Of a stretch of 48,306 nucleotides of DNA, positions 47,952 to 48,306 are shown in pieces (the stretch's first letter is position 1; each line of letters starts with the position of its first letter). Both the position numbers and the translations under genes were made by a program. Under the pieces are notes generated by a model. That model was given only the letters and a program-made list of their open reading frames with translations. It was not told the origin of the DNA and did no database searches. This DNA is from Mesotaenium endlicherianum (lineage: Eukaryota). Where the stretch lies: assembly GCA_009602735.1 (NCBI GenBank), contig WELA01002297.1:842773-891078 (forward strand), read 5' to 3'.

Positions 47952-48306
47952 CTGGGCAAAGGGAGCCCGGCAAGTGGCACGCGAGTCAGTAACACACTCA
48001 GTGCAGATGTGCATACAGCGCGTGCGTACGCAGACCGGATGTGTGTGTACGTGCGCAGATGACACGTGTCAAGCACACGTGCCCCGTCAGCACGAGGCGA
48101 GCCTGGGCTGACTTATTTTCTATGATACACGTGCGTGCACATGTGTCTTTAACAAAACACGCACTCCTTTTTGCATGAGGCGAGCCAGGGCGGCAGCGCT
48201 CCCTGTCCATATGGCTGCTAGGTTAAGTAAAGGAGGAAGGATGGCCTGCATTTGCACAGGCAAAACCCACCAGAAATGAGCGCCCCATCTCCCTCCTCCC
48301 CCCCCC

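Overview
Eukaryotic, plant-like (probably non-seed streptophyte) genomic window with N-gaps. Bases 1-15,492 are a nested stack of one Ty3/gypsy chromovirus family. It contains a near-complete + copy A (gag, -1 frameshift pol with chromodomain) whose RNase H is split by a related solo LTR. A sits in the gag of a - copy B, and B sits in the chromodomain of a + copy C. Two further fragments (D, E) lie at the left edge. The standout observation is that this family carries a third, sense-strand ORF of about 530-560 aa between pol and the 3' LTR. It is not env-like, and the A and C versions are far more diverged than the flanking pol/LTR DNA. It is bracketed by duplicated polypurine tracts and preceded in all three visible copies by a 106-108 nt GT..AG intron/splice acceptor. 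A second, intact chromovirus F (21,040-27,719, TSD AGCTG) and a solo LTR carrying a tRNA-like Pol III cassette sit inside a PH-domain-less tandem paralog of a six-exon TRF2/HOY1 PH-like gene (34,658-38,258). The right end holds a Tourist/PIF MITE, an unknown ORF and the last two exons of an ACR9/10-type ACT-domain gene. All identities are by-eye estimates; no searches were run.
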